Source of the DNA: Lama guanicoe
Lineage: Eukaryota
Assembly: GCA_013239625.1 (NCBI GenBank)
Contig: MU054212.1
Location: forward strand, 6,794,270 to 6,858,269
Length of the DNA stretch: 64,000 nucleotides
Direction of reading: 5' to 3'
Shown piece by piece: positions 1 through 13,710 of this stretch. The position numbers and the translations under genes were made by a program. The notes below the pieces were generated by a model. That model saw only the letters and a program-made list of their open reading frames with translations. It had not been told where the DNA came from and did no database searches. Each line of letters starts with the position of its first letter. Positions within the stretch are counted from its first letter, which is position 1.

Positions 1-99
1 TATTGAATTTGTTCTTCCTTGTGGGATAATCTGGGGGTATCATGAGACAATATCCTAACAGTTTAACTGATCACTTTCAATATTTTTTTTGCACCTATC

Positions 100-290
100 A
101 ATTGGCTTAGTTGGTAAAGTCACAGTGGTAATGGATTTTAGCTCAAAACTACAGGATTGATCTTTTTAGGCAGTAAGTCATATTTCTTATAGAAAGAAAC
201 CATCTCATGTCTACAAACTTCATCAATATCTTGGGCCATTTGTCTTGCAAACACAGTCTCGGTGAGCCTTGCCACTGGGCAAACTGTAGC
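100..290 (+). mobile_element. Ancient tRNA-derived SINE remnant (MamSINE1-like)
   Basis: A-box-like head tggcttagttggtaaag, degenerate B-box region (ggattgatc), downstream gccatttgtcttgcaaac resembling the MamSINE1 body. Confidence 0.45.
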
Positions 291-999
291 CTATTTTATT
301 TAATAACAATACAGGATATATTTATCCCATTTCTGAATTCATCTTTGTTACTCAAAAAGATAATCAGTCACCTGGCCCAACTTAAAAATGATGAAGTGAT
401 TGCCCTTTTACAAGTATTACATTTAATAACAAAAGAATTAGGAGTCCTTTATAACTCATACACATCTAGATACTTTTTCTTCTCTTGTCTTATAAAACAA
501 TGCAGTTACATAATGTTTTGCTGTTAATTTTTTTTCACTAGGCTTCCTTATTTTCACTCTCCAAAGTTTTTGCTATTGTGTATTTACTGTAAATAATGAG
601 CTCATGAATAAATGCAAGTTGATAAGTTCTCCTTACATTTAAACTTCTAAAAATGCTAATTCATAAGCTTCCTTATACATATGTCTCATGACTTTTTGAT
701 TTTACACAATTTCTTGATTTTCTTTTTCTAGCCTTAAGGGCAGAGTGGAACCAGGAAAATTAATACACAAGAGATCTCCCAAATATTATTTTTAAAAATA
801 AATTGTCCTCTTCCTGCCTTAAAAAATCCACTGCCTCCAGGCCCTATCTTGTAAAAAAAAAAAAGATTTCTTCAAGTATGGAAAAATCGAATCTGATATT
901 GTTCTTAACATTGCCCTGATTTATCTGTCTATTAATTAGTTCAGTATCAGATTATTTCCTGGATATTATCTCAGATAATGCTTTGATAAAGCTGCCCAC

Positions 1000-1450
1000 T
1001 TTATTTATCAAGTATTTACAGAGGACCTATTAAAACGATGCCCTCTAACCACTCTACAAAATACAATGCTGAATAAACCATGCCCCCATTAGAATTTTAG
1101 GGACTTCTGAAGAAGATATATGTATACATGTTGTAGGCATACATCACATAAATGCCATATGTACCTAGTTGACATGTATGTCAAACAAATGCATTCCACA
1201 TTGTGTTTGGCACTATGGGAATATAAAGCTGAATATGGCATTACTTTCAGAGTCTGAATCTATTTGGTGAAAGAAATTCAAGCTGTTAAGCTTTAGTAAA
1301 ACAATAACCATGACAGAGGTATGAAAAAACTATCTTTAGATACATAGAGGCAGGCAGGAAGGATATTCACACTCCATGAAGTAAGAGAGATGAGGGTACC
1401 AGAGAACACTGGGAGCCAAGACGACTGCAGAGGAACAGGATGCAGTATCA
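1000..1450 (-). mobile_element. L2 LINE 3' fragments
   Basis: atttatcaagtatttacagaggacctat.. and caaacaaatgcattcc..tttggcactatgggaatataaagctgaata resemble the reverse complement of the L2 3' end. Confidence 0.5.
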
Positions 1451-1679
1451 GACGAGGCCCGGGAGGGAACGCTGTCTTGTTTCCCACTCTATCCCGTCTA
1501 TCCAACTCTGTGGCTGTTCAAAGAATATTTATTTAACAGAGAAGAAAAGAAGGACTGGTGGAGGGGAGGATAGGATCTCCCCTCCACCAGGATTTGTGGA
1601 GAGGTCAAAGAGATATCCATGCTGGAAACCAGGTGCCACACCGGTTAAAATCTTCCCCTTTGCACTCCTTTATTACCTC

Positions 1680-2300
1680 TCACATTCCTTCTTTCTGTCT
1701 CCAGTGACATCTCATTACTTAAGCCACTAAGTGTCTGAACAGAACTACTGCAGAAGTGTCCTTATGAGTCTCCCCACCTCCGGTCATGAAACCTCTATTC
1801 CACCGCCCCTACTGCCCACCTCCCTTCTACTTTCCATGTATCAGCCTAAGAAATCTTCTAAAACTCAAATGTTTTACGGCTCCTTCTCTTTCTTTATACA
1901 CAGCAATCCCCATCCCCTCCTTCCACCTAGTATCTTCAGGATAAAGTCCAAGCTTCTTTTCAAGACACAAAACTGCAAATGTTGGCTACTGCTTATCTTC
2001 CCACACTCGTCTGTACCTATAACTCAGCTGAATTCCATGCGAGTCATACGGAAGTATTCTAACTTCAGTAATGTGCAAGGTTCTTTCAGATCTAGGTCTT
2101 AGTACTTTGTCTTTTGTCTGCAGAGTCCTTCCACCTCTGTCTTTCACCCTGCCATTGCATTTAGCCCACTACATTGAGAATACCTCTGAAACCTGTCTTT
2201 TCTACCAGAGGCTGGGTGTTTCTTAAAAGCAGGAACTGACTGTGGTTCATTTTTATATCTACAATGACCACACAGATATTTAATATTTATTGAATTGATT
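1680..2300 (+). mobile_element. L2 LINE fragment with 3' end
   Basis: Pyrimidine-rich L2 body (tcttcaggataaagtccaagctt) ending in gcaggaactgactgtggttcatttttatatct..atatttattgaattgatt. Confidence 0.6.
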
Positions 2301-4309
2301 AAAAGTTATTATTTTTCATACACACAGATATATTTATATATCTATTCTCCCAGATCTTTGCCACGTCTCATCATTTTCAGGACTTTTAGAAACAACTTGT
2401 CTTTCTGTAACTTGGTAAATTCACTATCTGTTTTACTTTGTCCTTACAAATTTTGTCATTTGAATTTGCTGATTGGTTTCTGTTCATTTTCTCAGTGTTC
2501 CATAATGTCTTCTGGTCAACAAGAATTTGTGTAAATTTTCATTATCTCAAGATATTCAGTAATAGGTGCTACTTAGCTACACATATAGTCTCTCGTCTCT
2601 TTTCTAATAAAAGGCTTATATTACCATTTCCCTCTGAGTCTCTTTCTTTCATCCATTTGCTAGCCATCAGAGTCCATTTTTCTCCTTTTAGTAGATATCT
2701 AATTTCTCTCCTAATGTATATTTAAAAAGGTCTTTTATTTATATGCCCATCTCTAGTAAAATCTACACATATTTATTTCCCTTCTGTTTTGCCTGAAAAG
2801 TGACTTAAGTTCATCCTTGTGCTTTTGTTTTTATAACCTCTACAAAGATTTTTAAAGGAGAAAATCAAGGAACAATTACAAACATTTCTAATTTAATAAA
2901 GCCAGATTTGTGGGAGAGAATTTTAAAAGCTCGCATGTTGGCCATCCATATATTTCTTTTCATGCATACTGTTTATATGTGTGCATGGTAAGTTTAAATG
3001 CATTTCAGTGGATTTTTTGCAAATTTTAAACTAATTATATACTTTTAATCAAAATTCAGAAATACAGTATAAAATGTTTTATGTAGTAATGGTTTAAGTG
3101 TGGATAATATGTCATATTGTTTAATACAGTTGAACAACCGCTTAGCTTAACAGGTGCCATGATTGTGGCCTATTTTGTACAGTAAGTCGGTAAGATACAA
3201 AACCAAATGCACAAACTTCGGGTTTACTAAGGAAAAGTCATTTTGTTTCTTCTCCCCTCAAATAATAAAACAAGTAAAATGACTGCTCTAAATTAGTGGC
3301 CTTGGGAAGTCCTAAGGAAAAGTAACCACACATTTTGTACAGTAAGATGCTAATGTTTCAGGTTAAATATGCAAATTAAAATTCCAGGCTAAATTTTCAA
3401 ACACATAAATAAAAAGCACATGCTATTTTCAGACAATTATTCACTCTACAACTGAAAGAAATATACCTCAAATGTACACAAACTGCAGACACTGATGACC
3501 ACCACCTTATGTCTTTTTCCCTCAGGGTTTTTTAGTTAATTGGTATTTTCTTAATTTTTCTCCTAACCCTTGTCCTCCTCCTTCTCCATGGATGGATGGC
3601 ACGCTTCTCTGCAGCTGAACCCAAGCATTTGCCTTTGGTACTTCGCTAAGGTACTTTTCTCTTTATTGGCTAACGTCCTTGAAGTTCACCTACATTTACG
3701 GCTTCACAATCTGACCACAAAACTTGTCATCACAGTCCTTCTCATCACCTATCTGCCAGTCAGTATTTCAGCTGCTCAGAGGCTATCTCCATACGGGCCC
3801 CACTCTCTTATTAAGCTGCGTATATCCCAAAAGAGCTCTCCATTTCCCTTGAAGTAAGGGCCCTACAATTCCCCTGTCTTGTTATTTTGGTTATCTTTGG
3901 CGCCAGCTCTTACAGTAACTGTGTTCTTTTTGCCCTCCTCTACTTCACCTAAGGAGTCCACTGTTTTAGTCTGTCGGTACCATCTTGCCCCTGAAATGTC
4001 CACCACCTTCCTTCTTCTGTTTCCTTTGCTGCTTCTCTAGTACAGACTCTTACAATGGTAGAACTACATTTTTTTTTTAGTAGCTTCTTGGCTCTATTTC
4101 CCCATATTTTCACTGACAAATCTAGATGATTTCTAAGCTAAGATGCCACTCATGTACTGCCTCTTAAAGTGACTATTCACTATGAGCTGCATCCAGTTTG
4201 CAACTCTGCCTCACTTTCGTTGTCCGCCACAGTAGACCCACAGTATGAACGCATCCCTCCCCTTCTCCGTCCCTCTCTCTCTTCGTCCCTCTCCAGCGTG
4301 TTCCACGTG

Positions 4310-4520
4310 CCACGGTACGGGCTGGGAATCAGGAAACATTGGATCTAAACCCGGCTCTGCCACATACATGCTGTGTCATAGGGATGTTTCATTTAAGCTC
4401 TTCGAGAGTTAACATCTGTAAAATGGGCATAATAAAATCTTCTTTCCCAAGGTTGTCTGTGATATTCAAATTAAAATAAACATAAATTGGAAACATGAAG
4501 TGCTATAGAAACATGTGCTA
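4310..4520 (+). mobile_element. MIR SINE
   Basis: gggctgggaatcaggaaacattggatctaaacccggctctgccac..catctgtaaaatggg..ggttgtctgtgatattcaaat (MIR core). Confidence 0.8.
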
Positions 4521-5760
4521 ATGCAGTGATGCTGGAACTCACTAGCTACCCAGGGATGCCATCTGTATTGATACAGTGCAGCTTCCTCTGTTTCGTACAA
4601 ACAGACTGCAGAGAACCACTAACAGCACTGTGACACAAGTAACTCCTTACTCACAAGGTTTGGAAGAGTATTTTTTTTTCCTGTCTTAATTTTTGTAAGA
4701 TAAAGGCAAGTTAAAAAAAAAGGGCATGAGAGAGATTTTCTGTGGAATTACAGTTAATTAGAATTGGCAGGATAAATATTTCTGAAGAAGAAAAGAAAGC
4801 TAAAAGGGAAGACAAGAGATGAGATAACAAAAAGAAGCAGTTTGATACATGTTATAATCCAACATCAGGCCTGGCTTTTGACTTTTGAATGGATCAGCTG
4901 GTGGAGAACTTTTTGATCCCAAACAGGGAAAGATGCCAGCTGGCAGCCCTGGAGGCTAAATGCAGAGACCCTCCTAGTTCCACAAAAAGGTTTGAATAAG
5001 AAACATGCATTTAATTTTTTAGAGAACAAGCAAGGGAAGATCTGATCATGCAGTCTTACAGTATTGACTAGAGATTATACGTTTCAAGGCCTATAAGATG
5101 AAAATTTTGAATATATAAGGAATTTTGACTTGATGCTTTGTTCACTGCACTGCATATGTATTTGTTTGTTTGCATTCTGCATCCAAAATGGTGTGATGTT
5201 AACCGAGCAGCAGGATGTGGGATGAACTCTGGAAAATGAAACTCTCTTGTTCAAAATGGTGTCGGCAACATCTACAGGCATTTGTATCTGGGGGACTGGA
5301 TGTCAGTCAGGGGCAAGCGATGAAGAACTTGAATGTACTTAAGTACAATTTGTGAATACTGGGGAGCCTTACACTCATCACTAACTAATTTTAACCTATT
5401 TACTTAAACCTCAAATCAATTTCAACATTAAGATATCAGACTATTTGATGACATATTATAGGTTTTGTAAGAAATATGCCCAATGGAGTAAATCGGGACA
5501 CAGGAAAATGCTGCACATTTCATAATTTTATACTAAGCAGTCAAGTTTTCCTTCTGGCAGGTCATTTGATTCTCTGCAGGTGGCTAAGCCTGCCTGTAAA
5601 GAGAGAGCCCTGAGTCACATGTTACACAAATGAAATGCAGTTATCTTTGTGGGTAGCGTTGTAAGATTTGGAACAAGTCTTTAGGTCTAATATAAAGATC
5701 CTTCAAATAAATCATCCAGCTAAGCTTCTGTGGCCCCAAACTCCTAATTTAAAAATGTTG

Positions 5761-5808
5761 ATAAATGAAGTACCTCTTTAGTTAATAAATGAAGTATCTC
5801 TTTAGTTA
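5761..5808 (+). repeat. 24-bp tandem duplication
   Basis: ataaatgaagtacctctttagtta followed by ataaatgaagtatctctttagtta (1 mismatch). Confidence 0.9.
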
Positions 5809-8539
5809 TCCTTTGTCAGCAACATTCATTTTAATGGAAAGTGAGTTTACAGGGTTACATGATTGAACTACTGAGCCAAGTCAGTGTTGGCAAATGATGG
5901 GCTAAATTATTGATGTTACACACTAATGAATTCTGATGAGAAATAAAACACAGACATTACGTTTCAAGTGGTTCATAATTATTTTTGTACTTTAAAAGCA
6001 ATTTTACTCTTTTTTCAAATCATACTGGTTCTGTAAAACAAAAACATAGTTAGTGATTATACTAAAATTATTGAGTTTGTGGCAAAAAATGCTCTTGCAA
6101 GTTTTCATTTCTGTGAAGATAATGTTATTCACACTAGGTTTCTGATTTCCTTATATACTTCTGGGAAAAGATAATTAAATTAAATGTCTAAATTTTAAAA
6201 CCAGTGTCTTTAAATAAGATAATCTGCTTTGCAACCATGGTTAGCATTTCAATAGATGTGTTTATAATCTATGATATGTCTATCAACATGTTTACAGGAG
6301 CTGCGTTGAAATATCACAATTATTTCAGGTAATGACAAATACTGAGGGACTTCTATGAAGCAGCTTTATTTTAGTGAAGAAGTTACCTTCAAATGTGTGA
6401 TGCAGAATGAAGTGTGTACTGTAAAATGACAGATGTTTGACATGACAAGTCAGGGCCTGGTGCTAAGAACTGAAGCAGTCTCGTATTTGGCTTAGGCACA
6501 CAGAGCTCTATACGTTCCATAAGGTAACGACAGTCTCCTTCAGTATTTCCTCATGACCTAACTGTCCCAGATTTAATTGCATGGGTCTGTGACCTAACTT
6601 CTTTCTAGTGAAGTGACTCAAACAAAGGCTCAATTTCAAGAGACCTTGGACTGATTTTTAATTAAGAGAGATGAGAAGTAGAAATCATAGCTGATGAGGT
6701 GTTAGTTCTGAGATTCATCGCTTGCTGGTCATGAATCTGTGGACAAGTCCTCAGCTTCTTGACAGCTCAGTTACCAACCCCGTAAGCAGGGCAACAGGTC
6801 CTCCTCTCCTATCAGAGAAGGCTGTTATAATTCCCAAGTCAGAGAGGCACGAAACTGAAACCTGCTCGGTAAACCAAACGTAAATGTACTTCCTGTATTT
6901 GCTTAGACTGTAGTTCATTTCAGAAAGGTCATCAGAACTGGTTTGAAGAGTACTTCCTTTACCAAATGAGGGAATATGATGCAGGGGAAGGATTCAGGAG
7001 AGTATGCAAGTCAAGGTTTGGTCAACATCTGGATTATGTCCCCCTTACAATAATCTGTGCAGATCCTCTCAAGAATGAAAATCCAAAGGTGAACTTCCTT
7101 CATCATGCTGGACGGAGGCAGGACTCGCAGCGCAGTGCACTCTGGTTCTCACATCATGTACACGTCGTATGAAATTCTAAACAGTGGGACTCGTTATATC
7201 TTAACTCTGCAACATCCCATTCCCACATTAAAGTTTTCTGAGTCATTTTCTTCACCTTTAAAATTTTTCTTTTTTATCTGTGATAGACTTGGCACCATCT
7301 GTGCATAACCAGCCTACCTCAAATTTTATCTTTTTTTGTATTTAAAAATCTACCCTAACATTTTCCTCTTGTTACAACTGCTCTGTTCATTGTTCTATAA
7401 TCTTGATACTTTTGGATGAAAAATCATGTGTCTGAGTTAATCTCACATCAAAGCAGCATCATTTTATAATGATGATGCTACATTGTATGAAAAATACCTA
7501 CTGGATATGCTCCATTAGTCACTAATTTTCAAACTTAAAGTTCTGTCTTTGAAAAACTCCTCTGCCCCACATTACTGACATGGCTCCTCCACTTGAAAAA
7601 TGTACTGCCTGTATAAAGTGAATTAAAAAAAAAACTGGGTATTATTTTGCTTAAGTCCAGGACGAAAAAGTCAGAACACATAAAAATGTATGTCTTTCTA
7701 ATATAAACAATCCTGAATATGCTTATTTTATTTTAAAATAAAAAAGGAATACATTTGGCGTTTTGCATGTTATTTAATGTAATAAAGGGAGTAGATAATT
7801 TAACTCATGGAATTTAATATTGACAAGTATTTTATTAACCTCCTGAATCTACATCACAGTGATATATGTGTGAAATGAATGTATTTCTGTTTTGATACCA
7901 GTATTTGAATTGAGGTTCTCCTTGTTTATCTTCAAATGGGAAGAAGATAGGTAATGTATCATTGTAATCATTGTTACCCGCAGGCACTCATGGATGTTGT
8001 CAGCGAGAGTCTTCCAAATATTTTGAAAGATGAAAGGGTCAGAAGACCAACATCATATGGAATGAACAAAACCCAAAGAACTAAAGAATAACAGGTTATG
8101 AACAGAGTGAGTAAAAACCACTTTGAGGGAAACAGGAAATTGTATGGAATCCAGGGTGGAAAAAGGGGCTCTTAGACTTAAACCAAACATTTGGCAGCCA
8201 AGTCAACACATGAAAAGGACAATTTTGACTTGGTTACATTCAGGGACAAGAATAACTTTATTGATTTATCCCACATCTTTATTAGGATGTTCTAGGTGCT
8301 GTCCTAGGTTTTATATATCCTAAAGGCTAAGTTTAGGTGCTAATTAAGCAATGGAGATGCTCCCTAAGTTGGGCCCCCTGGAGATCTGGCCCTGACCTTT
8401 GTTGACCTCATTGCGTACTTGTCCCTACTCCAGCCCTGTAACTCACCACACAGGCCCTCTAATTTTACCTGCAGGAAACTTCAGCTTCATGCTCCTTGAA
8501 CTGTCAATTCTACCATGTGGGGTAATTCCATGCGACCTT

Positions 8540-9470
8540 TAAAAATTCTGTTCAAAATATTTTCTAATTTGTCTTATAATTCGTTTCTTGATCCATATGA
8601 TTAAAATTGTGTGACAATTCCCAAATATTGAGGGAATTTTTCAAATATCTTTAAAAGACTGATTTCTAATAATTCCACTGTGATCAGAGAACATTTTCCT
8701 CACTATTTTAATCCTTTTAAATTTATTAAGACTTGTTTTAATGACACAGGATATGGTCTATATTTGGAAATGTTCTGTATGTATTTTAAAATAAAGTATA
8801 TTCCACAGTTCTTGTTGAATGGAATGTTCTATATATGTCAATTATGTCAAGTTGTTTGATAGCATTGTTCAATTCTTCTCTGTTCCTACTGATTTTCTGT
8901 TTGTATGTGCTATCTATTCCCGAAAGAGGAGCACTGAAATCACAAATTATAATTAGATATCTTTTTATTTCTACTTTAAGTTTTCTGAATATTTGCCTTA
9001 CATATTTTGAAATTTTCTTATTTGACACATACACACTCAATATTGTTACATGTGCTTGATTCTTTTAGTGAAATGATATTCTTGATACCTGGTAACATTT
9101 CTAGTTGCAAAGTTTAATTTACCTGATATTAATGTAGCCTCTCCAATTGTATTATGCTTGGTATGGCATGGTATATCTTTTTCCATCCTTATACTTTTAA
9201 ACTATCAGTATCTTAATATTTAAACAGGGTCATTTACAACTAAATTTGAGTCTTGTATCTTTACTAATGTGCTATATCTGTTCATAACTGGACTTTTTAG
9301 TCCATTTATATTTAATATAAATTTTAATATGATTAGATTTAGGTCTATAGACTTGATATTTTTGCTGAATAAATAATTATTTCATTTTTTTTCCATCAGC
9401 AGTTTAAATATTCTTCTATGTCTTCTGGTCTCCATTGGTTCTGACAAAATGTTAGAGGTAATTTTTTATT
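8540..9470 (-). mobile_element. Old L1 (L1M) fragment, ORF2 endonuclease region
   Basis: ORF 8786-9040(-) gives IIICDFSAPLSGIDSTYKQKISRNREELNNAIKQLDIIDIYRTFHSTRTVEYTLF, a decayed copy of the L1 EN motif IIVGDFNTPLS..RQKI..LNNTI.QLDL.DIYRTLHP..EYTFF. Confidence 0.9.
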
Positions 9471-10459
9471 TCCTTCTATAACTCCCTGCCCACCCTTTGT
9501 TGGGCAAGGGGTTATAGAAACTTTCAATATTTACTTTAGGGGTTATCTCCTTTAGAAAACTGCTCTTACAAAACAGAAGAAGTGTTCTTCTTTTTATTAT
9601 CATTTATATTTATATATTAACGTGTTCTGTCTGCCACCTTTATAAGACTGCAACCTTTTTGAAGACAGAGATTATATCTTTCAGCTTTGGACTCTCAGTT
9701 TCTAGCAAAAATGCCTTTCAAATAGTAGGGAATTCCCCAAATGTGTCTTGAAAATAACTGATATTCAACTTAACTATACACTGCTTAAGGTCAAAGAACA
9801 TGAGGTATACTGTACGCCATTATACTGGTATTCAATAAGCACAGAGTGAAATCAGTGTTTCAATATGTTATGGAAACTTATGGAATTCTAAAAGTACATT
9901 TTCAACATAGAAAGATAATGAAACAATTGATTTCAAAGGTAGGAGTATAGAAGAAATGAACTCATAAGTTCTCTTTCACCCCCAATTTTCTGGCTCCAAA
10001 TGGACTTTTGGCAACAGGCATTTTATTTCTTAGCCATAAGCAGCTTTTGGATGAGGGTGGAGTGCTGATTTTACATTTAACACATGATATTGGTTATTTA
10101 TTTGGATGTTTTAATTTACAACATTTGTCTAATTCTTCTTTTAGTTTATGTGTTTTATACATATTTTATGACTGAGGCAAGAATCATTAAAAGATTTGAA
10201 GTTAACCAAGCATTCCTTTTGTTCCATTGTATGACTAGATGTGTTGTGTACCTATATGTTGTGTCCTGAATTCCCAAGAGTTTGAAATGATGTTAGACAT
10301 GGAGTTGCAAGGTCAGAAGGTGGGAAGATTAGAAAGCATAAATGCTCCCGTGATTAACTGATTTTGGCAAATTTTGGCAAGAAGTTGTTGCATATTTGGA
10401 ATCACCTTACAGCAGTAAAAGGTAAGAGAGAGGAGAAAGTGAGTTAAGGTTGTACATTG

Positions 10460-10640
10460 TTAACTGTGTTCTGAGCATACTGCATACATTATCTCATATG
10501 ATTCTCACAGCAACTCTTTAGTATATACTGTATATAATTATCTCACATCCCCGATTACACCGCCAAAAAGCAATCAAACAACTCCCCAACCCCCCTACTC
10601 CAAAACTCAAATTCTAGTATTCGAGCTGTTAAGTCTGTAT
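10460..10640 (-). mobile_element. MIR SINE fragment
   Basis: tgcatacattatctcatatgattctcacagcaactct matches the reverse MIR core. Confidence 0.55.
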
Positions 10641-11204
10641 TTTCAGTTCAACATGGAAAGAGAGATTAAATAAAAAGGTTTACCCTTTCAACTATTTTGA
10701 GCTATTTATTTACACAGGTAATAAGGCAAAATGCACTGTGAAGATGTATTTCAGTACCTCCCGTCATCTCATATGCCCCTTCCCTATATTATTTTGCTCT
10801 TTAGCACAGAGCATTAGTATACCCTTAACTTGTTGACTGGCTTGTATCCCCTATTGAAATGCAAGTTTACAAGGGTTAGACATTTTGTCTATTTTGCTAT
10901 TACTGTATCTTTTTTCATGAAAAATTTTTTTCTAGTCAAATTTAATAATATTTTCCTTAACGGTTTTCTTCCCTCATTTAAGAAAGGTTTTCTTACCTCA
11001 ATACTATTCAGTAGTCTGTATTTTTAAAAAGATAGACTTTTAATCCTTATCCTAAATTTATATAAACATATGAAATAATCTATTTTATATTATCCCTCAG
11101 ATATTTACCTTTGTCCCTCAGATAGCTGCCAAGTGAACAGTCTCATTACATACAATTTGAAATCCTACTCTCATTATATTCTAAATTCTAAATGTTTGTG
11201 GGGC

Positions 11205-11425
11205 ATTCCTGTATGCTTTATTTCAGTGCATAGCCTCAGGCCTGCTGCCTGTTTTGTAAAGAAGTTTTACTGCAACACAGTTACATCTATTCATATACTA
11301 TTTTCTACAGCAACTTTCCTGCTACAAGGCAGGGCTGAGTAATTGTAACAAAGACTGAATGTCCAGCAGAGCTTAAAACATTTACTATTTGATCCTTTAA
11401 AGAAAAAGTTTACTAAGTGCTCTGT
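11205..11425 (+). mobile_element. MER58A-like hAT-Charlie DNA transposon
   Basis: ggcctgctgcctgttttgtaaagaagttttactgcaacacag..aaaacatttactatttgatcctttaaagaaaaagtttac follows the MER58A consensus. Confidence 0.85.
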
Positions 11426-11429
11426 TCTG

Positions 11430-12263
11430 TTTTATAGATTTTTGATCTATTCCTGAGCCAGTATTATGCTGTTTTAATTTAATAAAGATGCTTTTTGATA
11501 TGTTTTGCTATCCAGTAGCCTAAGTTCCTGACCCTGATTCAGCAACAATTTTTCTTTTTTAAAAAATGTCAGATATATTCTTGTTTATTTTTATCTTCCA
11601 AAGGCATTTAGAATCACCTTCTCAAGCTTCACTTCAATCTTGAATGGATTTTGAGGATGACTGTATTAAATTTATGGAGTTCTCAAATGCAGAAATTTAA
11701 AAAATACCTGGTATCTTCTCATCCATGAAAATGATAAATATTTACTTTTATTTCAGTCTTTGCTTATGTCTTTTCAGTGTTGCTTAAAAGCCTTCTCCAA
11801 AAGGACTGAGCTGACGTTTTATTAGGTTTACTCTTAGGAATGCTATACTTCAGGTTACCATTTTAAAAACTGTCTTATTAATTCTAATGCTTTTCTGGTT
11901 GATTCTCCCAGATTTTCTAAGAGAAACACCATATTGGCAGACAGTGATGCTAGTTTTGCCCTCTTCCTACACAGTATCTGTACCTCTTATTTTTCTTGGT
12001 TTACTACTAAGGCTTCAGCATAGTAATGCACAGTAATGTTTACTTTTGCCTTGATTCAATTAACTTATCATTTAGTATATTTTACCAGGTTAACTTTTGT
12101 TCTATACTCTTTTGTGACTTTTATTAAAGTAAGTATATGTTGTCTTGTTAGCAAATGTTTTTCAGTATATATTGAGTAATTACATGTATCTCTCCTTTAA
12201 CCTGTCATTATATTAAATTACATTAATATATTTCCTGAAGTTGAATTTCTCTAGAGTTGAATC
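11430..12263 (-). mobile_element. Old L1 (L1ME-like) ORF2 fragment, left of the young L1
   Basis: T-rich antisense L1 motifs: tcttctcatccatgaaaatg, ttattaggtttactcttagg, tagcaaatgtttttcagtatatattgag. Confidence 0.7.
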
Positions 12264-12280
12264 AAAACTCACAGGTTTTG

Positions 12281-13693
12281 AGAATAGCAAGCCTAGAAAT
12301 AAACCTGCATACCTACAGTTAATTAATCTTCGACAAAGGGGGCCAGACAATGGAGAAAACACAGTCTCTTCAGCAAGTGGTGTTGGGAAAGCAGGACAGC
12401 CACGTGTAAATCAATGAATTTAGAACACTTCCTCACACCATATACAAAAATAAACTCAAAATGGCTTAAAATGAAAACATAGGACAGGACACCACAAATC
12501 TCCTGGAAGAGAACATAGGCAAAGCATTCTCTGACATAAATCATAGCAATGCTTTCCTAGGTCTACCGAGGCAATGGAAATAAAAGCAAAAATAAACAAA
12601 TGGGACCTAATCAAACTTATAAGCTTTTGCATAGCAAAGGGAACCATAAACAAAACAGAAAGACAACCTATGAACTGGGAGAAAATATTTGCAAATGAGG
12701 CAACTGACAAAGCCTTAATTTCCAGAACATACTAACAGCTCATACAACTCAATAACAAAACAAACCTAATCAAAAAATGGGCAGAAGACCTAAATAAACA
12801 TTTCTCCAAAGAAGACATACAGATGGCCAACAGGCACATGAAAAGATGCTCAACATTGCTAATTATCAGAGAAATGCAAATCAAAACTACAACAAGGTAT
12901 CACCTCACACCAGTCAGAATGGCCATCATTAGAAAGTCCAAAAACAATAAATGTTGGAGAGGCTGTGGAGAAAAGCGAACCCTCCCACACTATTGGTAGG
13001 AATGTAATTTGGTGCAGCTGCTATGGAAAACAGTACGGAGACTCCTTAACAAACTGAAAATACACTTACCATATGATCCAGCAATCCCACTCCTGGGCAT
13101 ATATCTGGAGAAAACTGTAATCTGAAAAGACACATGCACCCCAGTGCCCAATAGTAGCACTATTTACAATAGCCAAGACAATGGATGCAACCTAGATGTC
13201 TATCAATAGATGAATGGATAAAGAAGCTGTGGTATATATACACAATGGAATACTACTCAGCCATAAAAAAGATTGAAATAATGCCATTTGCAGCAACATG
13301 GACATAGAGATTATCATACTAAGTAAAGTAAGTCAGAGAAAGACAAATATTACATGATATCACTTATATATGGAATCTAAAAAAGTGATACAAATGAACT
13401 TATTTACAAAATAGAAATAGACTCACAGACATAGAAAACAAACTTATGGTTACCAAAGAGGAAAAGGTCGGGGGAGGGATAAATTAGGAGTTCGGGATTA
13501 GCAGATATAAACTACTATATATATAATATAGATAAACAAAAAGGTTCTATTGTATAGCACAGGGAGCTATATTCAATATCTTATAATAACCTTTAATGAA
13601 AAAGAATGTGTGTGCATATACATATAACTGAATCACTATGCTGTACACCAGAAACTAAGACAACATTGTAAATCAACTCTACTTCAATTAAAA
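12281..13693 (+). mobile_element. Young 5'-truncated L1 (ORF2 C-terminus + 3' UTR + A tail), cetartiodactyl type, with 17-bp TSD
   Basis: Begins agaatagcaagcctagaaataaacc (decayed RIESPEINP); Cys-rich region tgttggagaggctgtggagaaaagcgaaccc; ORF2 end near 13380; 3' UTR ending aacattgtaaatcaactctacttcaattaaaa; identical aaaactcacaggttttg at 12264-12280 and 13694-13710. Stops and deletions make it inactive. Confidence 0.95.
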
Positions 13694-13710
13694 AAAACTC
13701 ACAGGTTTTG

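Noticed and set aside
100..175. tRNA gene
   Set aside because: Only an A-box-like start; no cloverleaf. Better explained as a SINE head.
5334..5347. 14-bp palindrome tgtacttaagtaca (also caagttaacttg near 38068)
   Set aside because: Several palindromes of this length are expected by chance in 64 kb of AT-rich DNA.
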